A stretch of 64,000 bases of DNA. Source: Eledone cirrhosa (Eukaryota). The notes beneath the pieces are model-generated. The model was not told where the DNA came from. It searched no databases and was given only the letters and a program-made list of their open reading frames with translations. The DNA lies in contig OZ024750.1 of the NCBI GenBank assembly GCA_964016885.1, positions 49,290,001-49,354,000 on the forward strand, in the 5' to 3' direction. Each line of letters starts with the position of its first letter. Position 1 is the stretch's first letter. Position numbers and translations under genes: made by a program. This document shows, piece after piece, positions 41,963-59,190 of the stretch.

Positions 41963-44382
41963 TTATTAAAATAACAGATTAAAGTTTAAGCAAAGAATCG
42001 CTGCTTTCACCCTTAACGGGATCTTCTGAAACTAACAAAGTCAATCTGTAAACGCAGAACTGGATATTTCAAAAAACGTTGCAACCGGAGGAAGACAGGA
42101 AGACGATACTTTGGTTCGTGGAAACGTTCGCTGGCAAAGAACGGGAAAAAACGAATATAATACGTCATTAATAGGAGCGGTGAAAAACAATTACGCGCAA
42201 AGGCGGAACCACGTTTATCGTATAAAAGAGGTCGTAGACTAATGTTCTCTTAGGTGGTGCATAGAGACGTTCTCTGGCAATGAACGAAAAAACGAAGATA
42301 ATACGTCATATGTGGAGCGTGGAGAACAATAGCACGCAAAGACAAAACCACGTAAATGGTATAGCAGAATCCATAGACTAAAATTCTAAGGCCGAATGAT
42401 GAATGATACGCTTAATTACATAAGTAAGCATTCCAACCATCCTGCCAACATAACCAAGACCCTGGTAAGAAACGTTTCCTTGAGGCTTTCTCGTCTTTCC
42501 GCCAACGAACGTATTTTCAAAGACCATTCCACTTATTACAATGAAGCTCTTGCTCGAAGTAGATTTGTCGATAAGGTTACATATACAGAGTACGAAAATA
42601 GACCTAGAAGTAATAGACCCCGTCGCATTTGTTGGTATAACCCACCATATAATATGGAGGTGGCCACACCATTAGCTAAGATCTTTCTTTCCCTTATTAC
42701 GAAGCATTTTCCCCCTACACATAAATATAGTAACATTTTTAATAGAAATACTATTAAAATTTCTTACTCTACGACTCCTAACCTTGCACATAACCTCACA
42801 GCTTCAAATTTAGCTAAACTACCTAGCCGTAGGAACACGTGCAACCCTGTAGTTATTACTAACTGTAATTGCAGGAATCGGGCTGATTGCCCCCTATCCG
42901 GGAAATGCCTCTCTAGTAACATTGTCTACAAACGTAAGGTTGTAACACCCACGTCCCGTAGGGCCTACATAGGGTTAACCGCCAATAGTTTCAAGCAGCG
43001 TCTTTACATGCATACCCATTCTTTTCGTTACCCTCTTAGAGGAATATGACGTCACTTTCAGTTTATATCTGGAGTCTAAAAGACAACCACACCCAATAAA
43101 AGTTACACTGGGAGATCCTAGCTAGGGCTAGATCGTATAACGGAAATAAAAGACCATGTGACCTCTGCGCCACTGAGGCCATGGAAATACTCTACGCCAC
43201 ATACCACATCTTAAACAAAAAATCTGAGGCAATTTTGGCTTGTAAACATAAATTGCACAAAACTTTCCTGTATTACAGCCCCACGTTATACCCTAACGGA
43301 TTGTACGATCTATACGTGGATATTTTACGTCTCGATGTGGGAGCTAAGTATATGTTTTGTTTATAACTTTACTTATTTGCATAGGTAAGTATATATTACC
43401 CATATGTTTTGTGAAGGTACGTATACCTTCTCGTACGTATATTTGATTGGTATGGCGTATAATTTTATATATTCTGGTACATATGGTTTGGCTATGTGTA
43501 TACGGGAGTATTGAGTCTGTGTGAGTATGCAGGTTCGTACGTATGGCGGGTGTGTGTATATGTGTACTTCATGTTTTGGTTGACTTACGTCTCCGAACAT
43601 TCGTGTGTATATATGAAGGTATGTGTGTGCGCTTGTTATATATTTATTTATTTATATACGTTTATATAATTATTTATTTATTTCTATACACGCATACACA
43701 CACACATATTTATATGTGCCGGGTTTTGTATACCGATGGTAAGTTTTTGCGTATGCTCGTGTATGTACGTATTTGTTTGCGTGTATGTATTTATTTATTC
43801 TATTACTTCTGTATTGTATTTATTTACTTTGTTCTTAAATCTGTAGCGGAGATTCATTTGGTCTCCTTGTTAGAATTTTAGTCTATGACTTCTGCTATAC
43901 CATTTACGTGGTTTTGTCTTTGCGTGCTATTGTTCTCCACGCTTAACATATGACATATTATCTTCGTTTTTTCGTTCATTGCCAGAGAACGTCTCTATGC
44001 ACCACCTAAGAGAACATTAGTCTACGACCTCTTTTATACGATAAACGTGGTTCCGCCTTTGCGCGTAATTGTTTTTCACCGCTCCTATTAATGACGTATT
44101 ATATTCGTTTTTTCCCGATCTTTGCCAGCGAACGTTTCCACGAACCAAAGTATCGTCTTCCTGTCTTCCTCCGGTTGCAACGTTTTTTGAAATATCCAGT
44201 TCTGCGTTTACAGATTGACTTTGTTAGTTTCAGAAGATCCCGTTAAGGGTGAAAGCAGCGATTCTTTGCTTAAACTTTAATCTGTAATTTAATAAATATT
44301 TGCTCTACGGTTTTTATATATTTGATATATATTTATCCTTATCGAGCCCTCTTTGGATTTTAGTCTTCAAATTTATTATTAT

Positions 44383-44388
<6 letters not shown>
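41962..44388 (+). mobile_element. Second, more truncated copy of PLE family A with inverted 5' arm (41962-42388)
   Basis: ORF 42396-43049 is nearly identical to the C-terminal third of 26140-28038, then frameshift/stop; same 3' UTR and tail; in (TA)n. Confidence 0.9.
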
Positions 44389-44450
<62 letters not shown>

Positions 44451-44870
44451 TAATTCGGGATGGTTGTTTGCAAAAACACCGAGCATTATAATAAATGTTC
44501 GGTAAATCCATACGTACATATATATATGTGTGCATGTATGTATATATATATATATACATACTACTGTACGTCTGTATACATATATGTATGTACGTATACA
44601 TACTTATATTTAAGTAACAGCCGTACTAAGAGTGAGAAATATCTATATATTTATAGTGAAGGCATGTGGCTGAGGGCTTAGAGAATCGGATTCGCAATCG
44701 TGAGTTTGTTAGTTCGATTCCCCGACCGGGCGATGCGTTATGTCCTTAAGCAAGACATTTATTTCACGTTGCTCATTCAACCTGGAGTTGCGACCGATAG
44801 ATAGTATTAGCAATTGGAAAGACCAATGGAAACTTTGTTTTCCCCGGCCCGATTTGACGAAAGTAGATCG

Positions 44871-44959
<89 letters not shown>

Positions 44960-45278
44960 CGTGTGTGTGGAGAGAGAGAGCTTTATATGCAAATGAGGCT
45001 AATTAACCCATGTGATTAGGTGCCTAAACTATATGTTTTCGCCTATGTTGAGTCCCAGCAGAGAACGGAGTAAGTTGCACGACTTAATACCGACGAGACT
45101 CAGAAAGAATAACGTCCTCGTTATCAGTTACTCACCCTTAGCTACTGTTGAAATCCGCTAGATGGCTCCACGGCATTAGTTCTCATATTCATACCTTAGG
45201 GCTTTCAAACTATTTATTCATAAACTTACCGTATATGGCTCGGTGTGCAATATCATATACACAGCTATGTGAGAGTTG

Positions 45279-47316
<2,038 letters not shown>

Positions 47317-47696
47317 AGTATGTATACGTACATACATATAAGTATACATACTTACAGTAGTATGTATAATCATACATACATGTACACACACACATATATA
47401 TGTATACGTACGTATGAGATTACCGAACATTTATTTTAATGTTCGGTTTGTTTGTAAACAATTCGGGCTATTTGTTTACAAACAAACCGAACATTATAAT
47501 AAATATTCGGTAAACCCATACGTACGTATATATATATGTGTGTTTGTACATGTATGTATGATTATACATACTACTGTACGTATGTATACTTATATGTATG
47601 TACGTATACATACTTATATTTAAGTATCAGTCGTACTAAGAGTGAGAAATGAAATTTAATTTATTCCATTTATATATATATATATATATATGGATG

Positions 47697-47738
<42 letters not shown>

Positions 47739-47743
47739 GGATG

Positions 47744-47960
<217 letters not shown>

Positions 47961-48127
47961 TAAGAAGATCCCGTTAAGGGTGAAAGCAGCGACTTTTTAC
48001 CTAAATTTTAATCTGTTTTTTTAATAAATATATATTTATATATATATATAACGAAGGAAAAGTGGCAAGGAACAAGATGGACCAAGACACACCAAAGTAC
48101 TCAATACTTAGGGTAGTAGTGTGGGTA

Positions 48128-48238
48128 ATAGGAACGAGTAGGACCCCGAGGGGTGAGCTCAAGCCGTTTCGACGGCTAACTTAGTCCAGAATTAGCCGTC
48201 GAAACGGCTTGGGCTCAGCCGTCGGGGTCCTACTCGTT

Positions 48239-48243
<5 letters not shown>
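48128..48243. repeat. Fold-back of PLE family C 3' end (similar at 50583-50690)
   Basis: ataggaacgagtaggacccc...aagccgtttcgacggctaa / ttagccgtcgaaacggctt...ggggtcctactcgttcctat. Confidence 0.8.
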
Positions 48244-48327
<84 letters not shown>

Positions 48328-48464
48328 CATCATCCACTTTTCTAAAGAAATAGATCAGTTTTGCCAGAGGTTTCAACATGAATTGACCTGTTATTTTCAC
48401 GTAAAAACACATGTTCCCAATTCCAACCGGCCCGTTCCCTCAATCTATCTTATTTCTCATTCTT

Positions 48465-48500
48465 TCTTTTGATGAAGGACTAGCGTCCGAAACTTTAAGA
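48465..48500 (+). ncRNA. Degenerate minimal hammerhead
   Basis: TCTT-TTGATGA-A GGAC TAGC GTCC-GAAAC-TT-T-AAGA. Confidence 0.45.
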
Positions 48501-49259
48501 CCCTCTTCCTGCTATATCAAGTGCTAACATAATATATGCCTTTCATATACTATACCGATTGTGTTGTTATTGCTGTTTATCTTTTACATACTTATAATTT
48601 ATATATATATAAATACATATATGTATGTATATATATATATATGTCAGGTCACCAGTTGGTGCTACTGGTAACATGTATCCCAGTACAACCTGTCTCATGG
48701 TCGGGTCCTTGGCGACTAAACTGGCAACCCCACCGAGGTTTATTGGTGAGGAAGGTGACTTTGGACATCCCTCAGGACTAAAAACAAAACCTGTCAAAGG
48801 GCAGTGGAGTTCTTAATAGTCAATGGCCATCCAAAATCACCGGGAGAGATGACTCCTTAGCCTTTGTCAAGGCAGAATTCTAGGAGAAGAAAAACTCTGA
48901 TATAACACCTGCAACCCTGATGGAATCCAATGATGTTGACCTGTTCTTCTTTTTGGTAAATATCATCTTGGTTAAGAGAGTGGGACTGGATTTGTGCAGT
49001 GCCTTTGCTCACTATAAAAGCTTCACAGCACAGGCATGGTTTGTATCTGGAGATCTCTCTGCACTTGTCATCACATGGTACCATGGGCCCAGCACTATGT
49101 GTCAATAATGGTCACAAGTGTAGTGTTTCTACCAGAGTTTTCAAGTCGCTGGCTGGACTAAAAAATCACACTCGTTCAGCGCATCGGTATGGGTTCTCCT
49201 ACATATAATGTAGTGGCCGTACTCGAAAACGAGTTGGCAGCCACCGTATATATCTACAT

Positions 49260-49522
49260 CTAAGGCGGGTAAAATTCCCGAGATCCATGGACGTGTTCTC
49301 TCCAGCGGTCTCTGTCCCTCATTATCGCTGCCATGTTCTGTATCTCCAACAGACCAGTGTCTGTCCTTAGGGCATCAACATACGTCAACCTTGGTCTTCC
49401 ACTTATAGTGTGTCCATGTAGGGGCTCCCAAAGCAGTACTGAGTGCAATGTCAACTCTGGATGTCGGTGAGCATGTCCAACTAACCTCAGTCTCCTCTGT
49501 GTCACTTTTGATTTAACTTTTG
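49260..49522 (-). pseudogene. RTE-like LINE ORF C-terminus
   Basis: RRLRLVGHAHRH...LLWEP.HG....GRPRLTYVDALRTDTG.......MRDRDRWR. Confidence 0.75.
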
Positions 49523-49529
49523 GGATATA

Positions 49530-50555
49530 TGTACAGTAGTATGTACACATATATATACATACATGCACGCATATATATATGTACGTATGGATTCACCGAA
49601 CAATTATTATAATGCTTGGTGTGTTTGTAAACAAACATCCCGTATTAAGCTGAAGTACATATATATATATATGCATGTATGTATATATATGTGTACATAC
49701 TACTGTACGTCTGTACGTTTTCAGTGCACCCGGCCGATTAACCCACTCGATATGCAACTTGGGCTACTCAGCCGTTAATATGCATAAGGTAAGTATATAC
49801 GTTCAACAATCTGGCAGGAAGGTATACGTTGATGATGATAGCTAATAAGCTTGAAACCAGTACAGCGTTCCTTTGTCAGTGTTGAACAAACGAGCAACAA
49901 TGGTTGCTGGACACTACGGCTTAATATGGGATGTTTGTTTACACAAACACCGAGCATTATAATTAATGTTTGGTGAATCCATACGTACATATATATATGT
50001 GTGCATGTATGTATATATAGGTGTACATATTACAGTACGTCTGTATACATATATGTATGTACGTGTACATACTTATATTTAAGTAACAGCCGTACTAAGT
50101 GTGGGAAATGAAATTACGTTTCATTTTTTCCGTTTATCGTTTTCGGTGCACCCGGCCGATTAATCCACTCGATATGCAAATTGGGCTACTCAGCCGTTAA
50201 TATGCATAAGTTAAGTATATACGTTCAACAATCTGGCTGGAAGGTATACGTTGCTGACGATAGCTAATAAGCTTGAAACTAGTACAACATTCCTCTGTCA
50301 GTGTTGAAGAAACAAGCAACGATTGTTGCTGGACACTACGGCTTAATACGGGATGTTTGTTTACAAAGACACCAAGTATTATAATAAATGTTCGGTGAAT
50401 CCATACGTACATATATGTATGTGTGCATGTATGTATATACATATACATGCTACTGTACGTCTGTATACATATATGTATGTACGTGTACATACTTATATTT
50501 AAGTAACAGCCGTACTAAGAGTGGGAAATGAAATTTCGTTTCATTTCTTCCGTTT
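49530..50555 (+). repeat. HHR tandem family N, ~2.4 units, period ~422 bp; HHRs at 49827-49867 (core mutated) and 50250-50288
   Basis: GTTG-CTGACGA-T AGCT AATA AGCT T-GAA-ACTAGT-A-CAAC at 50250; same context 422 bp upstream. Confidence 0.85.
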
Positions 50556-50766
50556 ATATATATATATATATATATATATATGAACGAGTAGGACCCCGAA
50601 GGCTGAGCTCAAGCCGTTTCGACGGCTAACTCTGGACTAAAAATTTTAGAAACGGCTTGAGCTCAGCCTTCGGGTCCTATTCGTTCCTATTACCCACTCT
50701 ACTACCCTAAGTATTGAGTACTTTGGTGCGTTATGGTCCACCTGGTTTCTAACCACATTTCCTCCG

Positions 50767-50799
<33 letters not shown>

Positions 50800-50806
<7 letters not shown>

Positions 50807-51330
50807 ATACTTTGGGAGGGTCGTGTTGCCAATAAGAAACACACGCACCAGTTGCTTTCACTTCAATTTAATTTATTAAATATTTATAAATTTACAAATT
50901 TATAAATTTCTGGTTGGTTGGTTGGTTCCACAACCAGATAGTTGTTTATATATATATATATAGTCATAGTTCTTTCGTCACACACTCTGTGACCTCTTCA
51001 GTGACTGGGGATTTCTTTCTTCGTTTCTGTGCCTTTCCTTTCTTCTATCCTACGCCATTTTGTTTCTTCACAAAATGGCGTAGGATAGAAGAAAGGAAAG
51101 GCACAGAAACGAAGAAAGAAATCCCCAGTCACTGAAGAGGTCACAGAGTGTGTGACGAAAGAACTATGACTATATATATATAAACAACTATCTGGTTGTG
51201 GAACCAACCAACCAACCAGAAATTTATAAATTTGTAAATTTATAAATATTTAATAAATTAAATTGAAGTGAAAGCAACTGGTGCGTGTGTTTCTTATTGG
51301 CAACATGACCCTCCCAAAGTATAACAATAT
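50800..51330. repeat. ~530-bp near-perfect palindrome of PLE family B 3' end with an HHR in each arm (50962-51006 -, 51127-51171 +)
   Basis: Centre cgccatttt gtttcttcac aaaatggcg; AGTCA-CTGAAGA-GGTCACA GAGTG TGTGAC-GAA-AGAACT-A-TGACT. Confidence 0.9.
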
Positions 51331-52647
51331 CGGTTTCAACACACGATTTCAGATAAAGAATCTTGCTAAACAAATTCAGAAACGATATATATATATATAT
51401 ATATATACATATATACGTGTGTGTGTATATGTATAAACATATATATATAACAGAATTAGAAGCTTTCGCTGTATTTTTGACTAAAGAAATTTTAGCCTGA
51501 TAGTGGGCTTTAGAACCATCTAAGAAATAGATAAAAATTAGTACTGACTACGTCAGTACACATCTTTTTCTACTAAGGTACACACAATGGAAGAGGCTAT
51601 ATTTTAAGGCTACATTTTCCTTAGTGATGCAGCATTTAGCTTGCTGAATACAAACCTTCCCCTCGTACAGTATTTATATGATGCTACTGATTTTCTAGCC
51701 GTGGCTGCCTTCACTGTAAATAACTATGAGTATTGGCTCCGTCAATTCTCATCTTAGAGTGTTCTAAACACCAGTATCAGTCTAAATTGCTTTAGTCAAA
51801 ATTACGGTGAAATCTTCAATATCTATTATCAAACTCGCCCGCTGTTTCAAACCAAATTTACTATACATAGGGATTTATATATGTATGTAGGCCCATCCAA
51901 TATTTGCTTGCAGAGAAAGCGGATGTTAAACGAATACGATGATGATGACGATGATGTTGATAATGATGATGATGATTTTGCTTGTGTTTGTGTATTTTTA
52001 GGAATAAACAAGTTCTCCGTTATCTGCAGTGAAGTCGGCAACGTCTAGGAAAGCAGTAGCATCATATAAATACTGTACGAGGAAAAGGTATGGACTCAGC
52101 AAGATAAGCCCTGCACCATTAAGGACAATGTAGCCTCTGGCGTTGTGTTTACAATTTTTATTTTATTATATAACATTTATGCAATATACAGCAGATGATG
52201 TCACCAGGATCTTACGTACCCTGGTAACTGACATGTTTATAGCCTCTGCACTCCGGCCTCCTGTCATTTTTCTCAATAAAAATTAACTGCGTTCCAGCAC
52301 CATCAACTGGATACAAAATCGAGGCTGCGTGAGTTGCGTGGCGTCGAATGCTTTCCTACTAATACATTATGTTAATTATATGAAATGACTAGTGAACCAC
52401 CAAACATAGGTGTATAGCTTACTGAGTCCATACCTTTCCCTTCGTATTTTCCCCAGAGTTCTCAATACTTGCGGTAGTAGAGTGGGTAATATGAATATTT
52501 ATGCATAGAGTGTCTGCCCATATATGGACTATAACATTTGAGGAGACCAGCTAAATTCCTGCCGCTCGAATACTGGCTCTTCAGTTCGGATCTAGCTGTT
52601 GAAACGGCAGGAGCTCAGCCGTCGGGGTCCTGAAATATTTCATGTCA

Positions 52648-52734
<87 letters not shown>

Positions 52735-53319
52735 ATTGATATTTATGTTTAATGCACTTGATCTTACCGAAAATTAATTTAAATATGAATGAGTGTTTAA
52801 ATTAATGAAGTGAAATTTAATAATCAATTCTAATCAAATGAACCATATAGATTTAATTAAATAATTATTTTTTGTCAACCCACATTATAGTAATGACATA
52901 CAAATTAGATAATTATAATATCTTAAATATGTGATATGCAAATTAAAAATGAAGAAACTAGAATTTGAAATTTATGAATATTTATTTCTAAAAAGCTTTA
53001 AATAATTATTTAGAAAGCAACAAATATTGTAAACTGGAGATTCAGCTAAAAATCATTTCCGTTTCATCGATATATATATTCACAAGTTGTATATTTTAAT
53101 AACTTTAATGTGTAGTCAATTATGAAAATTAACACCAACAATTTTAAGTTAAAATTAGAATTAATTGTTGACAATATAAAAATGATGTTCTGACAGACCT
53201 CGCATCACAACAACGGCCGCGTGGCGTCAAGATATCTATCTATCTATCTCTATATATATCCGCGGCTCGTCAGACATCTTACCATGTGACAAAATCGTTT
53301 TTCCATTACCATTGTAAAG

Positions 53320-53404
53320 GGTCTGACGAGCCACGGGTTACATAGTCGGGATAGATCGATACAGATCGAACATTGAGCTGATCAGTGACGAAACGCGCGT
53401 CACC
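53320..53404 (+). ncRNA. Type I hammerhead with enlarged helix II loop (family M)
   Basis: GGT-CTGACGA-GCCAC ...50 nt... GTGAC-GAA-ACGCGCGT-C-ACC; short inverted copy of the core at 53260-53275. Confidence 0.7.
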
Positions 53405-53454
53405 AACCAATAAACGTAATGAAGGAGTAACCGATCGTCCTTGTTATTTTATTC

Positions 53455-53520
<66 letters not shown>

Positions 53521-54633
53521 ATGTGTGTGTGTGTGTGTGTGTATGTGTGTGTGTGGGTGTGTGTCTGTGTTGTGTACGTGTGTGACTGTGTGTGTGTATA
53601 CATATAATTGTTTCTACATTTGGCACAATGCCACCAATTATGCCAGTGTATTACTGGTACTTTATTGTATCGACCCGGTAAGGATGAAAGGCAAAGTTAA
53701 CCTCGGCTGGATTTGAACTCAGAACGTAAATGGCCATATCTCTATGTTACAAAGCATGTTACCTGAGGTTCTGTGTGTATAAATATGATAAAGTGTTAAG
53801 GGTAATGACCACTTCGGTCACGGATGACCATCGGATTTGCACTTACTCCCTAGAAAATTCCCTTCAGAGACACAAGTTCGGTTATAGGACACCAACAATA
53901 GCACATGCATACCACACTCTCCTCTCGGCACCACCGGGGTTGACCAAGGGAAAGGCAAATGACGATCAGATTGACACAAGTGATGTCGAAACACATTTCT
54001 ATAGCTGAATAAACTGATGCAACATTAAATATATTGTATTGCAGCGTTTCTGAGGACATTTGGCAGTATCGGTAGAGGATCGGACGCCATGCTTTGCAGC
54101 ATAGAGTTACGGCCCTTTATGGTCTGAGCTCACATGCCTCTGAGGTTAACTTTGCCTTTCATCCTTCCTGGGTCGATAACGTAAAGTACCAGTAATATAC
54201 TGGAATAATTGCTGGCCGTGTGCCAAAAATAGAAACAATTATTACACATGGCGGATCTCGTCCCATCTACAGGGCGGAGCGCAGCAGATTTTGTCCAGAG
54301 AATGATAGAAAAAAGATATGCAAAATAAATATAGAGCGGGAATGTCTCCAGTACAAAACTGGTACATTTACATCGACATTAAATGAATAAAACGTGAAGG
54401 TGACCTCGGCTGGATTTGAACTGAGCGAGCAGAGAGTCAAAACGATTTCCATAAAGTAATCTATAAGAACGTCGAACGATTCAGCCGTTTCGCCTTACAC
54501 CCCCCCCCCCCCCCCACAATAAACACGGACAAACAGACAGACAAACAGACAGACGCGCAGACACACACACCAAAAATACACACACGCACATATACATACA
54601 TATAAACATATATATATGTATATAGATATATAT

Positions 54634-55588
54634 ACTAGACATGAAAAATGCGCAAGCTCAAAAGTGCCACAGAATGTTATAATAAACCTTCAAAAGTGTG
54701 GGACTAGAGTTGTTGCTAAAAAATATTGTAATCATTATATATCGTACATTCTGTGGCATCCTTTATAAAAATAGCTTAAACCAACGAAGCCTTTATTTTT
54801 ACGCTATTTCACTTAGTTAATTCTTAGAGTGTAACATATAAAAATATGATTTACAACTATAAAATAAATTAATTAATATAATAACAGAGCTGCGGAGCTG
54901 AAATTTAGGAAATAATGGAGTATCGGATCCTGAGTTGGAGCCAGTCAATTTTTGGCCGACTCTGCAGCCCTGTATAATACATTTCATATTAAAGTTATTA
55001 ATAAACCTATTTTACACTTCATGCAAATTACCACGAGATATTGATATTAGATATAAGATACAGCGCAATATCTACAGCTGTAAAAGTACGAAAGCGAAGT
55101 AATAATAAGTGGCTTAAGGTAATTCCAATATGAAAGTTTGTAGTGATAAAAATTTGATAATGCAATACGATTGTTAATATTATAGTTCTATGAAAATGTA
55201 ACAATAGATAACTAAATTATTTTACTATTAGTATATTTAAGAAATTATCATTATAGATTTGATCGTTCATATAAGCATCATATTAAGTTTCAACACAATT
55301 ATTTTGTTACTATGAGTATATGATAATAATATTACGTAATTATTTATAGCTGTTATTACATTAAACATAGATGTATTTCTTTTTATGTTACACTCTAAGA
55401 ATTAACTAAGTGAAATAGCGTAAAAATAAAGGCTTCGTTGGTTTAAGCTATTTTTATAAAGGATGCCACAGAATGTACGATATATAATGATTACAATATT
55501 TTTTAGCAACAACTCTAGTCCCACACTTTTGAAGGTTTATTATAACATTCTGTGGCACTTTTGAGCTTGCGCATTTTTCATGTCTAGT
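54634..55588. repeat. 205-bp apparently perfect inverted repeats (54634-54838 / 55384-55588) around a 545-bp spacer
   Basis: actagacatgaaaaatgcgcaagctc...gtgtaacata versus tatgttacac...gagcttgcgcatttttcatgtctagt. Confidence 0.9.
54885..54972. mobile_element. 88-bp hAT-like MITE
   Basis: Imperfect TIRs cagagctgcggag / ctctgcagccctg; 8-bp flanks tataataa / tataatac resemble a TSD. Confidence 0.6.
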
Positions 55589-56701
55589 TTAATATTTTTT
55601 AAGGCAACGCTTGTAATAACTCTAGTTAAACAGGATATATATTAATAATAAATTATCGTTGTAATATAATTAGATTATGTAATTGTTATTATAAATTATC
55701 TTATAAATATTAGTGTAAGATGTATAAAAATATTTTCAGACTTTTAATATAAACAACTACAAAAAACAATCAATATTAAATCAATATATTATACATAATA
55801 GAAAACATAAAATATACAATACAAAAACAAAATATTTACATACAATTGCAATTATCAGTGTATATACATTTTCTTTATATTCCCTGAGCAAATTAATAAG
55901 ATTTGTTTTTATTGTACATAATTTGATGACTTGTTGGAGTGTATTAAAAGATAGCAACAATTTGTGATTAAATTGTTATCTTAAGCAACTCACTTTTTAA
56001 TAGTTGTTGGCTGAGCGAAATTGTAAAAGCCTATGAGCAAATATAAAAAAAAATACACAAACAACATTTCCTTGTGTTATTACAACATTAGATAAAATAA
56101 TTGAGCAATGTCGTTATATTTTGCTCTTATTGCACATTAATAGTGTTTCTATTTTTCGGCACAAATCCATTACGGCAGTCCATTACTGGTACTTTATTTT
56201 ATCGAATTAGTAAGTATGAAAGTCGAAGTTAACCTCGGCAGGATTTGAACTTAGAATGCAAAGGACCATAACAATACTGCAAAGCATGGTGTCTGACGCT
56301 CTACCAATACTTGTGTTGAGCTGGTCATTAATTTATGGTGGTCGTGCGTGGAGTAGAGCAATCGCTAGTTGAAATATTATGAACAAAACATTTTTATTTG
56401 CCGAAGAACATATTTTCAATACTGTTTGTGAATGTGACGAAGGAAATACATTCTGATATGGAACAGTGTACAAAGTGTGTCTGTGAATAACATAATGTTA
56501 CCTCATGTTGTTGTCAAGACATAATGGATTTCGTATATCCAGTTAGAAGATGAAACCTAGCCATCTCGGATTAGTTATATTTCATGCCATGTGTAAACGT
56601 GTTTGAGGATAGCAAAATATGCGCGTTAATTATAATAATTAGTTAATAATATTACAAAATATACCTAATTAAACTCTTTGCTTGAAATTTTATCATTCTT
56701 C

Positions 56702-56769
<68 letters not shown>

Positions 56770-58172
56770 TTATCTAGTCCTTCGCTCAAGATTAATCTAT
56801 AAGTTTAGATGTTTGCCTTCGTTTAAGTAAATATTACAGTAAGATTTTTAATATAAACAACTACAAAAAACAATTAATATTAAAACGAAAAAATTATCAA
56901 TGATAAAAGAAGCGGATGCAACTTTTTTTTTTATAAAGTTATATTCCTGTTTCTTTAAAGAACATTTCATTTTTGTTCTATTGTAGGCGAAATAATGCAA
57001 TGGTTTAATAGGGAAGATATAACTTACGAATTATGTCTCTAACCGTGTAACGCTTTTTAAGTAGATAACTACAATTGAAAATACTAAAGAAATGGAACCA
57101 ACAATTCAATTTGAAAGTCGTCTAGTGACAGTGTATTACTGGTACTTTATTTTATCGACCCCGTAACGATGAAAGGCAAAAATGCAAATGCTTAAAATTT
57201 AAATTGCCTTAATTCTATCGTCTGCTGTTTCATTAAAGGGAGATTCTCGTCTGTATTTAATTCTATCGTCTACTGTTCCACTAAACAGATATACCTCCAC
57301 TATCGTCTCTATTTATACATTTTAACTTATAACTTATACACATTTGATTTGAAATATTTTATCTAGTCCCCCCTCTCAATATTATGATGATTTCTTTCGA
57401 ATGAAACAGTTCTAGTCCTGTAGAAGCCATTTATATATATAATTGAACTGAGTTAAAAATTCACAATATTTATAATTAAATAAGCTCATATATATATGTG
57501 TGTATTTATCTGTTTATTGTATTATATATAATGTGTGTATATACAGGATGTCCCCCAAAAATATATACACACTTCAACAGCATTCTAATAACTATTGCCT
57601 GTACAGGTAATCAAAGTGTCAATCGAATGTTAGTTTCGTGTTTTAACAGTACAAATTTACAATACACACATAAAACCAGTGTATATACATACATGAGTGT
57701 GTATACACATACATGAATGTGTATATACAATATATATGTATATATATATAGACACATATATTCACGGTGCAACGGTACATTAAAATATAGATGCGGGAGA
57801 GGGGGGGTGTATATATAGGGGCGCTGGGGATAAAGGAGTGTAAAGCGTGTGTAATTGATATATTGAAGGAGAGGAGCGTGCAGCGATAGAGTAACAAATA
57901 TATAGAGAGGGGGAGAGATGGTATTGAAGGGGAGGAGTGCAAAGCGAAAGAGTAAGAGATATATATAGAGACGGAACAGATAGAGAGAAACAGGCGTAAG
58001 TAACAGTGGAAGAGATATAGAGAGAGGTACTCTGATTGGTTGAAAATTAGCCAATGACATACGATCACCACCACCACGGCTATCCCCGAAAAATGTTTAT
58101 AGAAGCTAGGCATATATGTTAGAACACGAAAGGTGAACATTCTGTTGTTTCACACTTTTCGTGTTCTAACAG

Positions 58173-58271
<99 letters not shown>

Positions 58272-58392
58272 ATAGGTTATATTTAATTTGTTGGTATTCA
58301 ACAACAAAAATATTTCTCCAGGAGACTCCAACCCTGAAGGTTGCATTTTTTCAGGGTATGTCAATATTTATTTATAAAACTAATCTGTATTA

Positions 58393-58458
58393 TATTTTAT
58401 CTGATGAAAGCGCACCGTAATCTGCTTTGGTGGCCCTTGAAATATGTATAATGAAATA
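58393..58458 (+). ncRNA. Type I hammerhead family I
   Basis: TATTTTAT-CTGATGA-AAG..CACC..GGTG..CTT-GAA-ATA TG TAT-A-ATGAAATA. Confidence 0.75.
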
Positions 58459-58996
58459 AATATGGTTTTCTAAATATAGTTTCCATTTGTTAATATATGA
58501 TATATATATATACAATATATATATAGAGAGAGAGAGAGAAAGAGAGAGACATAGACAGACAGACAGAGAGTGAGACAAAGAGAGAGAGAGGGGGAGATAG
58601 TATAGAGTTAACCGAACAGAGATGTACGGACCACATTCTTTTCTGTCGGTTGCGAGGCAGATAAAGGGAAGCGCTCAAAGACCTGTATAAATGGTGCAAA
58701 TCGGAGTATTTTATGTATATTATATATGGAGACCATATTCAGTTGATTTAGATTTATTTAAAACTCCATTATACATATTTCACTGAGAACTATTGCTTAT
58801 GATAGCCCGAGCGCTTTAGACGGCAGAACCTAAAATAAACATTGAATGTTTCTAAACTTTTAAGTTTAGAAAAATCTAATAATTTCCCAGAAAGAAATTT
58901 TCTTTTCATGATACGGGAGGGTTGGCCGAGTTCTTATATTTCGATCTTTATTAAATGTTATATAAAGTTACTATATTATAGTCATTATTATATTGA

Positions 58997-59190
58997 GGGC
59001 GGTGGATTGGCACTATCGGTAGAGGGTCGGACGCCATGCTTTGACGCATAGAGTTGCGGCTCTTGTCATTCTGAGTTCAAATCCCGCCGAGCCTAACTTT
59101 GCCTTTCAACCTTACGGGGTCGATAAAATAAAGTACCAGTAATACACTGGGATAATTGGTGGCCTTGTGCCAAAAGTAGAAACAATTATT
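58997..59190 (+). mobile_element. Full-length tRNA-derived Meta-like SINE
   Basis: A box tggcactatcgg, B box gagttcaaatcc, central gcctttcaaccttacggggtcgataaaataaagtaccag, tail agaaacaattatt. Confidence 0.75.
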
